Positions 1 through 10,385 of a DNA stretch of 47,670 bases are shown here, piece by piece. Source of the stretch: a virus (lineage: Duplodnaviria > Caudoviricetes). The notes under the pieces are model-generated. The model had not been told where the DNA came from. It was given only the letters and a program-made list of their open reading frames with translations, and made no database searches. Made by a program: the position numbers and the translations under genes. Each line of letters begins with the position of its first letter. Within the stretch, counting starts at the first letter, position 1. The stretch lies in IMG/VR virus record IMGVR_UViG_3300022178_005855, positions 1 to 47,670 of that record; one strand, written 5' to 3'.

Positions 1-3000
1 GATGATAGATATAGTCTTACTGGACATACTCATATTGGTTTATCAGATGATTATTTAACAGGTGGTACATTTAATGTAAGTACTGGTGATTTAGATTTAA
101 ACCTTCAATCAGGAAGTACAGTTACAATAAACCTTGATGATAGATATTTAACTGGATTTACTGAAACACCAAATACAGATGATTATTTAACAGGTGGTAC
201 ATTTAATGTAAGTACTGGTGATTTAGATTTAAACCTTCAATCAGGAAGTACAGTTTCTATTAATTTAGATGATAGATATTTGACTGGATTTACTGAAACA
301 CCAAATACAGATGATTATTTAACAGGTGGTACATTTAATGAATTAACTGGTGATTTAGATTTAAATCTTCAGTCAGGTAGTACAGTTACCATAAACCTTG
401 ATGATAGATATTTGACTGGGTTTACTGAAACACCAAATACAGATGATTATTTAAGTGGGGTAACATTCAACACAACAAATGGTGATTTAACCCTTACTAG
501 GGTCTCAGGTGGAACTATTGTTGAAAACCTTGATGGAAGGTATTTAACTGGGTTTACTGAATCACCAAATACAGATGATTATTTAACTGACCATACATTT
601 AACACTTCAAATGGTTTATTTGAAAGTACCTTACAATCAGGTTCAACGGTTTCAGTTAATTTAGATGGAAGATATTTACCATTATCAGCTACAACTGATG
701 ATGATTATACTACTGGAACTACATTTAATGCAAATACTGGTGAATTAGAATTTACTAGGTTAAGTGGTGATACATATAGTGTTAATTTAGATGATAGATA
801 TTCATTAACAGGACATACTCATATTGGTTTATCTGATGATTACTTAACAGGTGGTACATTTAATACAAGTACTGGTGATTTAGATTTAAACCTTCAATCA
901 GGTTCAACTGTTACCATAAACCTTGATGATAGATATTTAACTGGTTTTACTGAAACACCAAATACAGATGATTACATAACAGGTCATACATTTAATACAA
1001 GTACTGGTTTATTTGAAAGTACATTACAATCAGGTGGTACAGTAAGTGTTAATTTAGATGGTAGGTATTTAACTGGGTTTACTGAAACAGTAGAGTCAGT
1101 AATAAACCCTTTAAATTCTTATTTTGGAAATCGAGTTAAACCTGTTTCAGATAATGAAGGATTTTATGTAGAGAGTTCTAATAATAAGGCAACAGGATAT
1201 CTTGTAAATAATACAGATACGGTAGGTAATGCTGCAATATCAGGTTATAGAGCAACTGTTAATGGAGATGCATTCAATGAGGGTGTCTATATAGGTATTC
1301 CAAATGATTCTTATTTTGCACCATGGTTAAGAGCGCATGGTCTTATTACAGGTAAGAACCTAAATATAATGGTTGGTGATAATACTGGGGATATAGTATT
1401 CTCATTAGGGAACACAGCAACTAATCAAATAACTGAAGGTCAACAAGATAAAGTTCTTTTATTGAATACCGATAGAACAATAGTGGTACCAAGTTTAACA
1501 ACAACCTTAATTAGTAATGAAACTACTGGTAGGGTATTAATTACTAGGGAATACTTAACAGATAACTACACGGCAAGTTCAGGGGATACTATTAATACTG
1601 ATGATTACATCACTGGAACTACATTTAATGTAAGTACTGGTGATTTAACATTAACTAGATTATCAGGTGGAACTATTGTTGAAAACCTTGATGGTAGATA
1701 TAGTCTTACTGGACACACTCATATCGGCTTATCAGATGATTACACCACTGGGGCTACATTTAACACCTCTGATGGTATTATTGAATTTACTAGATTAAGT
1801 GGTGATACATATAACGTTGATTTAGATGGTAGATATTTAACTATCTCAGCTTCAACCATATTAAATACAGATGATTATTTAACAGGTGGTACATTTAATG
1901 AATTAACTGGTGATTTAGATTTAAATTTATTATCTGGAAGTACAGTTACAATAAACCTTGACGACAGATACGCTCTAACGGGGCATACTCATATTGGTTT
2001 ATCAGATGATTATTTAACTGACCATACATTTAACACTTCAAATGGTTTATTTGAAAGTACATTACAATCAGGTGGTACAGTTTCAGTTAACCTTGATGGT
2101 AGGTATTTGCCATTATCAGCTACAACTGGTGATGATTATACTACTGGAACTACATTTAACCCTTCAAGTGGTATTATTGAATTTACTAGGTTAAGTGGTG
2201 GAACATATAATACTGATTTAGGTTTCACTTCTGGTGATACAAGTAATTGGGATACAGCATACAATGATTCAATTACTGGGATGACTGTTACGGGTAGTGC
2301 AACTAAAACTATAACTCTTCAACAAAAAGATGGTAGTACCTTAACAGCTAATTTCACTGATAGTACAGGTGGTGTAGGTGGTTCAGGTGACGTAGTTACA
2401 GGAATGACATTTAACACTTTAAATGGTGAATTAACGTTAAGAACATTATCAGGTGATACAATAACCGAAGATTTAGATGGTAGATATTTAACTGGATTTA
2501 CTGAAACACCAAATACAGATGATTATTTAGTTTCTGGTGATTTTGATGAATTAACTGGTGATTTAGATTTAAATTTATTATCTGGAAGTACAGTTACAAT
2601 AAACCTTGATGATAGATATAGCCTAACAGGACATACTCATATTGGTTTATCAGATGATTATTTAACAGGTGGTACATTTAATGAATTAACTGGTGATTTA
2701 GATTTAAATCTTCAATCAGGCTCAACGGTTACTATTAATTTAGATGATAGATATTTAACTGGGTTTACTGAAACACCAAATACAGATGATTATTTAACAG
2801 GTGGTACATTTAATGTAAGTACTGGGGATTTAGATTTAAACCTTCAATCAGGTTCAACGGTTACAATTAATTTAGATGATAGATACAGCCTTACTGGGCA
2901 TACTCATACAATATCTGAAATAACTGATTACATACCAACGGATGATTATACTACTGGAACTACATTTAATACAAATACTGGTGAATTAGAATTTACTAGG

Positions 3001-6000
3001 TTAAGCGGTAATACGTATAGTGTTAATTTAGATGATAGATATAGTCTTACGGGGCATACTCATATTGGTTTATCAGATGATTACTTAACAGGTCATACAT
3101 TTAATACTTCAACTGGTTTATTTGAAAGTACACTTCAAAGTGGAAGCACTGTTTCGGTCAACCTTGATGGAAGATATTCATTAACTGGACATACACATGT
3201 AGGTTTATCTGATGATTATTTAACTGGCGGTACTTTTAATACAAGTACTGGTGAATTGGATTTAAATTTATTATCTGGTAGTACAGTTACAATTAATTTA
3301 GATGATAGGTACAGTCTTACGGGACATACGCATGAGATATCTGATATAACTGATTTTACTGATAATTCAACTAATTGGGATATAGCTTATGATAACTCAA
3401 TTACAGGTGCGACATTTAATACGGGTGACGGTGTTTTAACATTACATGATGTTGGTGATGATAATAATATTACCGTTGATTTAGATGGTAGATATTTAAC
3501 TGGGTTTACTGAAACGCCAAATACAGATGATTATTTAACAAGTGGTACATTTAATGAATTAACTGGTGATTTAGATTTAAATCTTCAGTCAGGTTCAACT
3601 GTTTCTATTAATTTAGATGATAGATATTCATTAACAGGTCATACTCATATTGGTTTATCTGATGATTATTTAGTTTCTGGTGATTTTGATGTAAATACTG
3701 GTGATTTAGATTTAAATCTTCAGTCAGGTAGTACAGTTACCATTAATTTAGATGATAGATATAGCCTAACTGGACATACTCATATTGGTTTATCAGATGA
3801 TTATTTAGTTTCTGGTGATTTTGATGTAAATACTGGTAATTTAGATTTAAATCTTCAATCAGGTAGTACAGTTACTATTAATTTAGATGATAGATATTTA
3901 ACTGGGTTTACTGAAACGCCAAATACAGATGATTATTTAGTTTCTGGTGATTTTAATGAATTAACTGGTAATTTAGATTTAAATTTATTAAGTGGAAGTA
4001 CAGTTTCTATTAATTTAGATGATAGATATAGTCTTACTGGACATACACATATTGGTTTATCTGATGATTATTTAACTGGTGGTACATTTAATGAATTAAC
4101 TGGTGATTTAGATTTAAACCTTCAATCAGGTAGTACAGTTACCATAAACCTTGACGACAGATACGCTCTAACGGGGCATACACATATTGGTTTATCAGAT
4201 GATTATGTATCAAATAGTGATTTCAACACAACAAATGGTGATTTAACCCTTACTAGGGTCTCAGGTGGAACTATTGTTGAAAACCTTGATGGAAGGTACA
4301 GTCTTACGGGGCATACTCATGATTTTAATGAAATAACTAACACAGGTCATACTCATACAATATCCGAAATAACTGATTATATACCAACAGATGATTATGT
4401 ATCAAATGGTGATTTTAATACTGGAACTGGAGAAGTGACTTTAACTAGATTATCAGGTGGAACTGTTGTTTATGATTTAGATGGTAGATATTCATTAACA
4501 GGTCATACTCATATTGGTTTATCAGATGATTATTTAATAACTCATACATTTAATACTTCAACTGGTTTATTTGAAAGTACCTTACAATCAGGTTCAACTG
4601 TTTCAGTTAACCTTGATGGAAGATATAGCCTAACTGGACATACTCACATTGGTTTATCTGATGATTATTTAGTTTCTGGTGATTTTGATGTAAATACTGG
4701 GGATTTAGATTTAAACCTTCAATCAGGTTCAACAGTTACAATTAATTTAGATGATAGATACAGCCTTACTGGGCATACTCATACAATATCTGAAATAACT
4801 GATTACATACCAACGGATGATTATACTACTGGAACTACATTTAATACAAATACTGGTGAATTAGAATTTACTAGGTTAAGTGGAAGTACGTATAGTGTTA
4901 ATTTAGATGATAGATATTCATTAACTGGGCATACACATATAGGTTTATCAGATGATTATATTACTTCAGGTAATTTTAATACAGCAAATGGGGAGGTAAC
5001 TCTTACTAGGGTCTCAGGTGGAACTGTTGTTTATGATTTAGATGGTAGGTATTTAAATACTTCGGCCTATACGGATACTTTTGTAACTGGATTTACTTAT
5101 AATGGTTTAACTAATACGTTTGATATTGAACGAAATGAAGATTTACCTGATTTAAGTGTTACATTAACCACTGTTAGTGGTTTAACTGTTAATGGTGACA
5201 TTACTGTAACAGGTACTGGTATTTTTAATGAAGTTGTGGCGGTTAATGTTTCAGCAACAACAATAAACCCTGTTGATTTTATACAATTTAACACTGGATA
5301 TACTGGTAATACTATTGTTGAAGGTAGAATATATTGGGATGAAGATAATGGTACTTTAAGTTTGGGTATGCATGGCTCTAATGTACAACAACAAATTGGT
5401 GAAGAACTTTTTTATTACGTTAAAAATCAAAGTGGGGCCACTATTGAGAATGGTAGAGTTGTTTATGCAGCTGGAACTTTAGGTTCTAGTGGTAAAATTC
5501 TTGGTGAATATATGATTGCTGATGGCACAATTCCAGTTAAATATACCTTGGGAATTGCAACTGAAGATATTATTAATGGAGATGATGGATATGTAACTGA
5601 TTTCGGTTTAGTTCGTGGTATAAACGCAACTGGTGCGCCTTATGGTGAAACTTGGAATGATGGTGATTTATTATGGGTTTCCCCAACAATTGTTGGTGGT
5701 TTAACTAACATCGAACCTATATCGCCTAACTTAAAAATTGAACTCGCAATTGTAATTCATAATGATGCTAACGGTAGTGTATTTGTTAGACCACATAGAT
5801 ACCCACACTTTTATGATTTACAAGAAACTACTTGGAGTGGTGGTAGTGAAAGTAATTTAGATATTATCCAATGGGATAGCACGCTTTCAGGTTGGACCAT
5901 AACAAACACCCCATCATTTATATCAATCAGTGCTACTTCAATAAGTGGTGACACAATATATAGTGGTGATACAAATTTAACTGAAATATTTAGTACAACA

Positions 6001-9000
6001 GGTCATACTCATATCGGTTTATCAGATGATTACTTAACTGGCCATACATTTAATACAAGCACTGGATTATTTGAAAGCACACTTCAAAGTGGTAGTACAG
6101 TTTCAGTTAATTTAGATGGGAGATATTCATTAACAGGTCATACACATGATTTTAATGAAATAACTAATACTGGTCATACACATACAATATCTGAAATAAC
6201 TGATTATATACCAACAGATGATTATTTAACAGGTGGTACATTTAATGAATTAACTGGGGATTTAGATTTAAATTTATTAAGTGGAAGTACAGTTTCCATT
6301 AATTTAGATGATAGATACAGTCTTACGGGTCATACTCATAATATGATAAGTAAAACCATTGACATTTACCCAACTGACTTGATTGGTTCTGGGTCAACAA
6401 AAGACCAAGTAATTCAATACATCAATGCTTTATCACATGTTAAAACTGACGATAATTCAGATTTATGGTTTAAAGTCATCCCTAATTATATGTTAGATTT
6501 TGGTAGTGAGGGTGATTTTACTGGTAGCCCTATGGCCTTGTCAATGTCAAGTGATGGGACTATATTATATTTAGGGTTACATAATAGTAATTGTACACAA
6601 TATATATTATCAACGCCTTGGGATGTTACAACCGCAACTTTAACTGCTAGTACAGCAACTTTAGGTCAAGGTGGGGGTCTTCATGTATCACCTGATGGGT
6701 TACACATAACATATACTAATGGTGATGTAACTGATGGTACTGTTGAGATTTATAGTATGAGTACACCCCATGATTTAAGTTCGTTAACGTTAGTTAGTAC
6801 AACTGCGTTCACACAAAATTTATTTCGTAATGAATTATTCATGACGGATGATGGGTTAAATTTATATACTAGCACTGGGTCAAATGTAAGGAGATATACA
6901 TTAGCAACACCTTATAATTTTTCAGGTGTAATATTATCGGATAGTTGGAATTTTAACACGACTCATGGATTTACATTCTCTAATGATTTAAAAACTTTTT
7001 TTGTGTTTCAATCGGGTGAAAATTTAAGGCAATATAATTTAACTGTTGCTGGTGATTTAACCCCTGTAACATTGGGTAATTATAGTGCTGAAGTTGATTT
7101 TGATTTTGTTAGTGGTAATTTCTTGAAATGTCAAATTTCACCAAATGGTAAAAGATTTGTTGTTACCACGTATCTATCAGCCCCAGATGTTTTTTCATTT
7201 GGGTTATCAACGGCAGATAATATTGGAGCGATAATTGAAGCGACTAACGCTGATATTGTAATTTATAGTGATTATTATAGATTGAAAAATTACCCTTTAG
7301 GTTTAATATCTGGGGTAACAAGTAATGACATTGATGAAATCACTCAAATAAAAAATAATGATGTTACAACTTTAATTAACTTAGAAGAAATATCTAGGAA
7401 TGATTACGTAACTGATGGGTCATTTAATCCAGCAAATGGGGAAGTAACCCTTACTAGGTTAAGTGGTGGAACTATTGTTTATGATTTAGATGGAAGGTAT
7501 TCATTAACTGGACATACTCATACAATATCTGAAATAACTGATTATATACCAACTGATGATTATTTAACTTCTGGTACATTTAATGAATTAACTGGGGATT
7601 TAGACTTAAATTTATTAAGTGGAAGTACAGTTTCTATTAATTTAGATGATAGATACAGTCTTAATGACCACACACACATTGGTTTATCAGATGATTACTT
7701 AATAACTCATACATTTAATACAAGTACTGGTTTATTTGAAAGCACACTTCAAAGTGGTAGTACAGTTTCAGTTAACCTTGATGGAAGGTATTCATTAACT
7801 GGACATACTCATACAATATCTGAAATAACTGATTATATACCAACTGATGATTATGTATCAAGTGGGTCATTTAACACATCAAATGGAGAAGTAACTTTAA
7901 CTAGATTAAGTGGTGGAACTATTGTTTATGATTTAGATGGAAGATATAGTCTTGATGACCACACTCACATTGGTTTATCTGATGATTACTTAGTTTCTGG
8001 TGATTTTGATGTAAATACTGGTGATTTAGATTTAAATCTTAAGTCAGGTTCAACTGTTACAATTAATTTAGATGATAGATATAGTCTTACGGGGCATACT
8101 CATATAGGTTTATCGGATGATTACTTAACAACTCATACGTTTAATACAAGTACTGGTTTATTTGAAAGTACCTTACAATCAGGTTCAACTGTTTCAGTTA
8201 ACCTTGATGGAAGATATAGTCTTACAACTCATACACACATTGGTTTATCAGATGATTATTTAACTAGCGGTACGTTTAATGAATTAACTGGTGATTTAGA
8301 TTTAAATTTATTAAGTGGAAGTACAGTTACCATTAATTTAGATGATAGATATTTGACTGATAGTACACTTCAAAGCGTATATGAAGCGTCTACACCTTCA
8401 ACGATAACAACTGATGCAACTAGAGGTTCATTAAAACTTAAAAGAGGCGTTGGGGCTAGTGTGTACCCCCTAGAGATACAAAATAGTGCTGGTAATAGTA
8501 ATTTTATAGTTAGAGATGATGGGTATTTTTCAGGTAATGGAGATATGTTTGTACTTGGAAATATAACTGCCCAAAATAGTTTAATAACTACGAGTGTCAG
8601 TGGTTTTGGCGCAAATATAACTACTTTATTTATAAATGGAGGTGCTGGTGATTTAACTAGAGGTGGTGGTATAGGATTTAAAAATAATGACGGTTCAATT
8701 TTTGGTGCAAATTACATTTTAAATAATAAATTCAGAATGGGTACCGTTACCGCTCACGATTGGGAATTTGTTAGGACAAATGTTGCTGTTGGTGGTATTG
8801 ATACTAATGGACTCTATTTAACTGGTAATATAAGAGCTAGTGGTGCAACACTATCTTCGTTGTCAACTCAAAATGATGAATTAATCACATTGATGATTGA
8901 TGGGAGTGGGGTTGTTGGTACAAGGGAGTTAGGTACTGGAGCTTTTGTAGCTAGTGGGGCAAGTAATACAGATAATTATGTTATTTCTGGTGATTTTAAC

Positions 9001-10326
9001 CCAGCAAATGGGGAAGTGACTTTAACAAGACTATCAGGTGGAACTGTTGTTTATGATTTAGATGGTAGGTATAGTCTTACGGGACATACACATGATTTTA
9101 ATGAAATAACTAACACAGGTCACACTCATACAATATCCGAAATAACTGATTATGTACCAACAGATGATTATTTAACTTCTGGTACGTTTAATGAATTAAC
9201 TGGTGATTTAGATTTAAATTTATTAAGTGGAAGTACAGTTTCTATTAATTTAGATGATAGGTATTCATTAACTGGTCATACACATACAATATCTGAAATA
9301 ACTGATTACATACCAACTGACGATTATTTAGTTTCTGGTACATTTAATGAGTTAACTGGAGATTTAGATTTAAATCTTCAATCAGGTTCAACAGTTTCAA
9401 TTAATTTAGATGATAGATATTTAACTGGGTTTACTGAAATCGTAGAGTCAGTAATAAACCCTTTAGATTCTTATTTTGGAAATCGAGTTAAACCTGTTTC
9501 AGATAATGAAGGGTTTTATGTAGAAAGTGCTCTCAACAAAGCAACAGGATACCTTGTAAATAACACAGATACGGTTGGAAATGCCGCTTTATCAGGATTC
9601 AGAGCAGTTATTAATAATGACGCATTTGGAAAAGGTATTTATGTAGGAGTACAGAATAGTAATTATTACGCACCTTGGTTAAGAGAACGTGGTCATATTA
9701 ACGGTAATGCTATAAATATTACAACTGGTGATAATACTGGTGATATAGTATTTTCATTAGGAAATACAGCTAGTGATAATATCACAGAAGCAGCCCAAGA
9801 TAAAGTACTTTTATTAAACACGGATAGAACAATTGTAGTTCCGAGTTTAACAACAACCTTAATTAGTAATGAAACTACTGGTAGGGTATTAATTACTAGG
9901 GAATACTTAACAGATAACTACACAGCAAATTCGGGTATTGATGGTGTCTATTTACCATTATCAGGTGGGACGCTAACTGGACCAGTAACAGGTACCACTT
10001 TCAATGTATCTAACGCATTGTTAGATTACCAGGAAAATGTAAATGTTGATACTGGCTCACCTAAAGTTATAGGTATAATTTCTAAGTTAAGTTATGATGC
10101 AGTATTTTTTGATTATGTGGTTAAAAATGGTAGTAATCTTAGAGCTGGTATTGTTATGGCAGTCCATGATGGAACATCTGTGACTTATACTGACACATCA
10201 ACCTCAGATTTAGGTGATACTTCAGGTGTAAGCTTTACAGTTGATATCTCAGGTAATGATTTAAGATTAAATGCCACCGTAACTACTGATAATTGGATAA
10301 TAAAAGCATTGATAAGAGGAATTTAA
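1..10326 (+). CDS. Giant repeat-rich tail fibre/adhesin-like virion protein (5'-truncated, >3400 aa)
   Basis: Frame +1 is open from base 1 (DDRYSLTGHTHIGLSDDY...), so the track start at 280 is not the true start. Stop TAA at 10324-10326. About 45 repeats of DDYxxxxxFNxxxGxLxLxxxSGxTxxxxLDxRY with GHTH linkers, interrupted by non-repeat domains. Confidence 0.8.
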   Translation, partial: DDRYSLTGHTHIGLSDDYLTGGTFNVSTGDLDLNLQSGSTVTINLDDRYLTGFTETPNTDDYLTGGTFNVSTGDLDLNLQSGSTVSINLDDRYLTGFTETPNTDDYLTGGTFNELTGDLDLNLQSGSTVTINLDDRYLTGFTETPNTDDYLSGVTFNTTNGDLTLTRVSGGTIVENLDGRYLTGFTESPNTDDYLTDHTFNTSNGLFESTLQSGSTVSVNLDGRYLPLSATTDDDYTTGTTFNANTGELEFTRLSGDTYSVNLDDRYSLTGHTHIGLSDDYLTGGTFNTSTGDLDLNLQSGSTVTINLDDRYLTGFTETPNTDDYITGHTFNTSTGLFESTLQSGGTVSVNLDGRYLTGFTETVESVINPLNSYFGNRVKPVSDNEGFYVESSNNKATGYLVNNTDTVGNAAISGYRATVNGDAFNEGVYIGIPNDSYFAPWLRAHGLITGKNLNIMVGDNTGDIVFSLGNTATNQITEGQQDKVLLLNTDRTIVVPSLTTTLISNETTGRVLITREYLTDNYTASSGDTINTDDYITGTTFNVSTGDLTLTRLSGGTIVENLDGRYSLTGHTHIGLSDDYTTGATFNTSDGIIEFTRLSGDTYNVDLDGRYLTISASTILNTDDYLTGGTFNELTGDLDLNLLSGSTVTINLDDRYALTGHTHIGLSDDYLTDHTFNTSNGLFESTLQSGGTVSVNLDGRYLPLSATTGDDYTTGTTFNPSSGIIEFTRLSGGTYNTDLGFTSGDTSNWDTAYNDSITGMTVTGSATKTITLQQKDGSTLTANFTDSTGGVGGSGDVVTGMTFNTLNGELTLRTLSGDTITEDLDGRYLTGFTETPNTDDYLVSGDFDELTGDLDLNLLSGSTVTINLDDRYSLTGHTHIGLSDDYLTGGTFNELTGDLDLNLQSGSTVTINLDDRYLTGFTETPNTDDYLTGGTFNVSTGDLDLNLQSGSTVTINLDDRYSLTGHTHTISEITDYIPTDDYTTGTTFNTNTGELEFTRLSGNTYSVNLDDRYSLTGHTHIGLSDDYLTGHTFNTSTGLFESTLQSGSTVSVNLDGRYSLTGHTHVGLSDDYLTGGTFNTSTGELDLNLLSGSTVTINLDDRYSLTGHTHEISDITDFTDNSTNWDIAYDNSITGATFNTGDGVLTLHDVGDDNNITVDLDGRYLTGFTETPNTDDYLTSGTFNELTGDLDLNLQSGSTVSINLDDRYSLTGHTHIGLSDDYLVSGDFDVNTGDLDLNLQSGSTVTINLDDRYSLTGHTHIGLSDDYLVSGDFDVNTGNLDLNLQSGSTVTINLDDRYLTGFTETPNTDDYLVSGDFNELTGNLDLNLLSGSTVSINLDDRYSLTGHTHIGLSDDYLTGGTFNELTGDLDLNLQSGSTVTINLDDRYALTGHTHIGLSDDYVSNSDFNTTNGDLTLTRVSGGTIVENLDGRYSLTGHTHDFNEITNTGHTHTISEITDYIPTDDYVSNGDFNTGTGEVTLTRLSGGTVVYDLDGRYSLTGHTHIGLSDDYLITHTFNTSTGLFESTLQSGSTVSVNLDGRYSLTGHTHIGLSDDYLVSGDFDVNTGDLDLNLQSGSTVTINLDDRYSLTGHTHTISEITDYIPTDDYTTGTTFNTNTGELEFTRLSGSTYSVNLDDRYSLTGHTHIGLSDDYITSGNFNTANGEVTLTRVSGGTVVYDLDGRYLNTSAYTDTFVTGFTYNGLTNTFDIERNEDLPDLSVTLTTVSGLTVNGDITVTGTGIFNEVVAVNVSATTINPVDFIQFNTGYTGNTIVEGRIYWDEDNGTLSLGMHGSNVQQQIGEELFYYVKNQSGATIENGRVVYAAGTLGSSGKILGEYMIADGTIPVKYTLGIATEDIINGDDGYVTDFGLVRGINATGAPYGETWNDGDLLWVSPTIVGGLTNIEPISPNLKIELAIVIHNDANGSVFVRPHRYPHFYDLQETTWSGGSESNLDIIQWDSTLSGWTITNTPSFISISATSISGDTIYSGDTNLTEIFSTTGHTHIGLSDDYLTGHTFNTSTGLFESTLQSGSTVSVNLDGRYSLTGHTHDFNEITNTGHTHTISEITDYIPTDDYLTGGTFNELTGDLDLNLLSGSTVSINLDDRYSLTGHTHNMISKTIDIYPTDLIGSGSTKDQVIQYINALSHVKTDDNSDLWFKVIPNYMLDFGSEGDFTGSPMALSMSSDGTILYLGLHNSNCTQYILSTPWDVTTATLTASTATLGQGGGLHVSPDGLHITYTNGDVTDGTVEIYSMSTPHDLSSLTLVSTTAFTQNLFRNELFMTDDGLNLYTSTGSNVRRYTLATPYNFSGVILSDSWNFNTTHGFTFSNDLKTFFVFQSGENLRQYNLTVAGDLTPVTLGNYSAEVDFDFVSGNFLKCQISPNGKRFVVTTYLSAPDVFSFGLSTADNIGAIIEATNADIVIYSDYYRLKNYPLGLISGVTSNDIDEITQIKNNDVTTLINLEEISRNDYVTDGSFNPANGEVTLTRLSGGTIVYDLDGRYSLTGHTHTISEITDYIPTDDYLTSGTFNELTGDLDLNLLSGSTVSINLDDRYSLNDHTHIGLSDDYLITHTFNTSTGLFESTLQSGSTVSVNLDGRYSLTGHTHTISEITDYIPTDDYVSSGSFNTSNGEVTLTRLSGGTIVYDLDGRYSLDDHTHIGLSDDYLVSGDFDVNTGDLDLNLKSGSTVTINLDDRYSLTGHTHIGLSDDYLTTHTFNTSTGLFESTLQSGSTVSVNLDGRYSLTTHTHIGLSDDYLTSGTFNELTGDLDLNLLSGSTVTINLDDRYLTDSTLQSVYEASTPSTITTDATRGSLKLKRGVGASVYPLEIQNSAGNSNFIVRDDGYFSGNGDMFVLGNITAQNSLITTSVSGFGANITTLFINGGAGDLTRGGGIGFKNNDGSIFGANYILNNKFRMGTVTAHDWEFVRTNVAVGGIDTNGLYLTGNIRASGATLSSLSTQNDELITLMIDGSGVVGTRELGTGAFVASGASNTDNYVISGDFNPANGEVTLTRLSGGTVVYDLDGRYSLTGHTHDFNEITNTGHTHTISEITDYVPTDDYLTSGTFNELTGDLDLNLLSGSTVSINLDDRYSLTGHTHTISEITDYIPTDDYLVSGTFNELTGDLDLNLQSGSTVSINLDDRYLTGFTEIVESVINPLDSYFGNRVKPVSDNEGFYVESALNKATGYLVNNTDTVGNAALSGFRAVINNDAFGKGIYVGVQNSNYYAPWLRERGHINGNAINITTGDNTGDIVFSLGNTASDNITEAAQDKVLLLNTDRTIVVPSLTTTLISNETTGRVLITREYLTDNYTANSGIDGVYLPLSGGTLTGPVTGTTFNVSNALLDYQENVNVDTGSPKVIGIISKLSYDAVFFDYVVKNGSNLRAGIVMAVHDGTSVTYTDTSTSDLGDTSGVSFTVDISGNDLRLNATVTTDNWIIKALIRGI
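1069..1571 (+). repeat. Dispersed ~500-bp repeat, copy 1 (VESVINPLNSYFGNRVKP...GRVLIT domain)
   Basis: Near-identical DNA at 9421-9923 and 16561-17040. Confidence 0.95.
9421..9923 (+). repeat. Dispersed ~500-bp repeat, copy 2
   Basis: Aligns without gaps to 1069-1571 (offset 8352). Confidence 0.95.
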
Positions 10327-10339
10327 ATAATAAAGTTTA

Positions 10340-10347
10340 TATTTATA
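10340..10347 (+). promoter_or_regulatory. Putative late promoter box TATTTATA
   Basis: The same motif lies shortly upstream of many structural gene starts in this window. Confidence 0.6.
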
Positions 10348-10385
10348 TATAATACCTTTGGATAGTTGGAAAAAGGATTAAAAAT

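Noticed and set aside
280-282. TTG start of the giant ORF given by the track
   Set aside because: The frame is open and repeats continue back to base 1; the real start is outside the window.
1-9420. CRISPR array or non-coding repeat
   Set aside because: The repeats are in-frame with third-position variation, and the intervening segments recur rather than being unique spacers.
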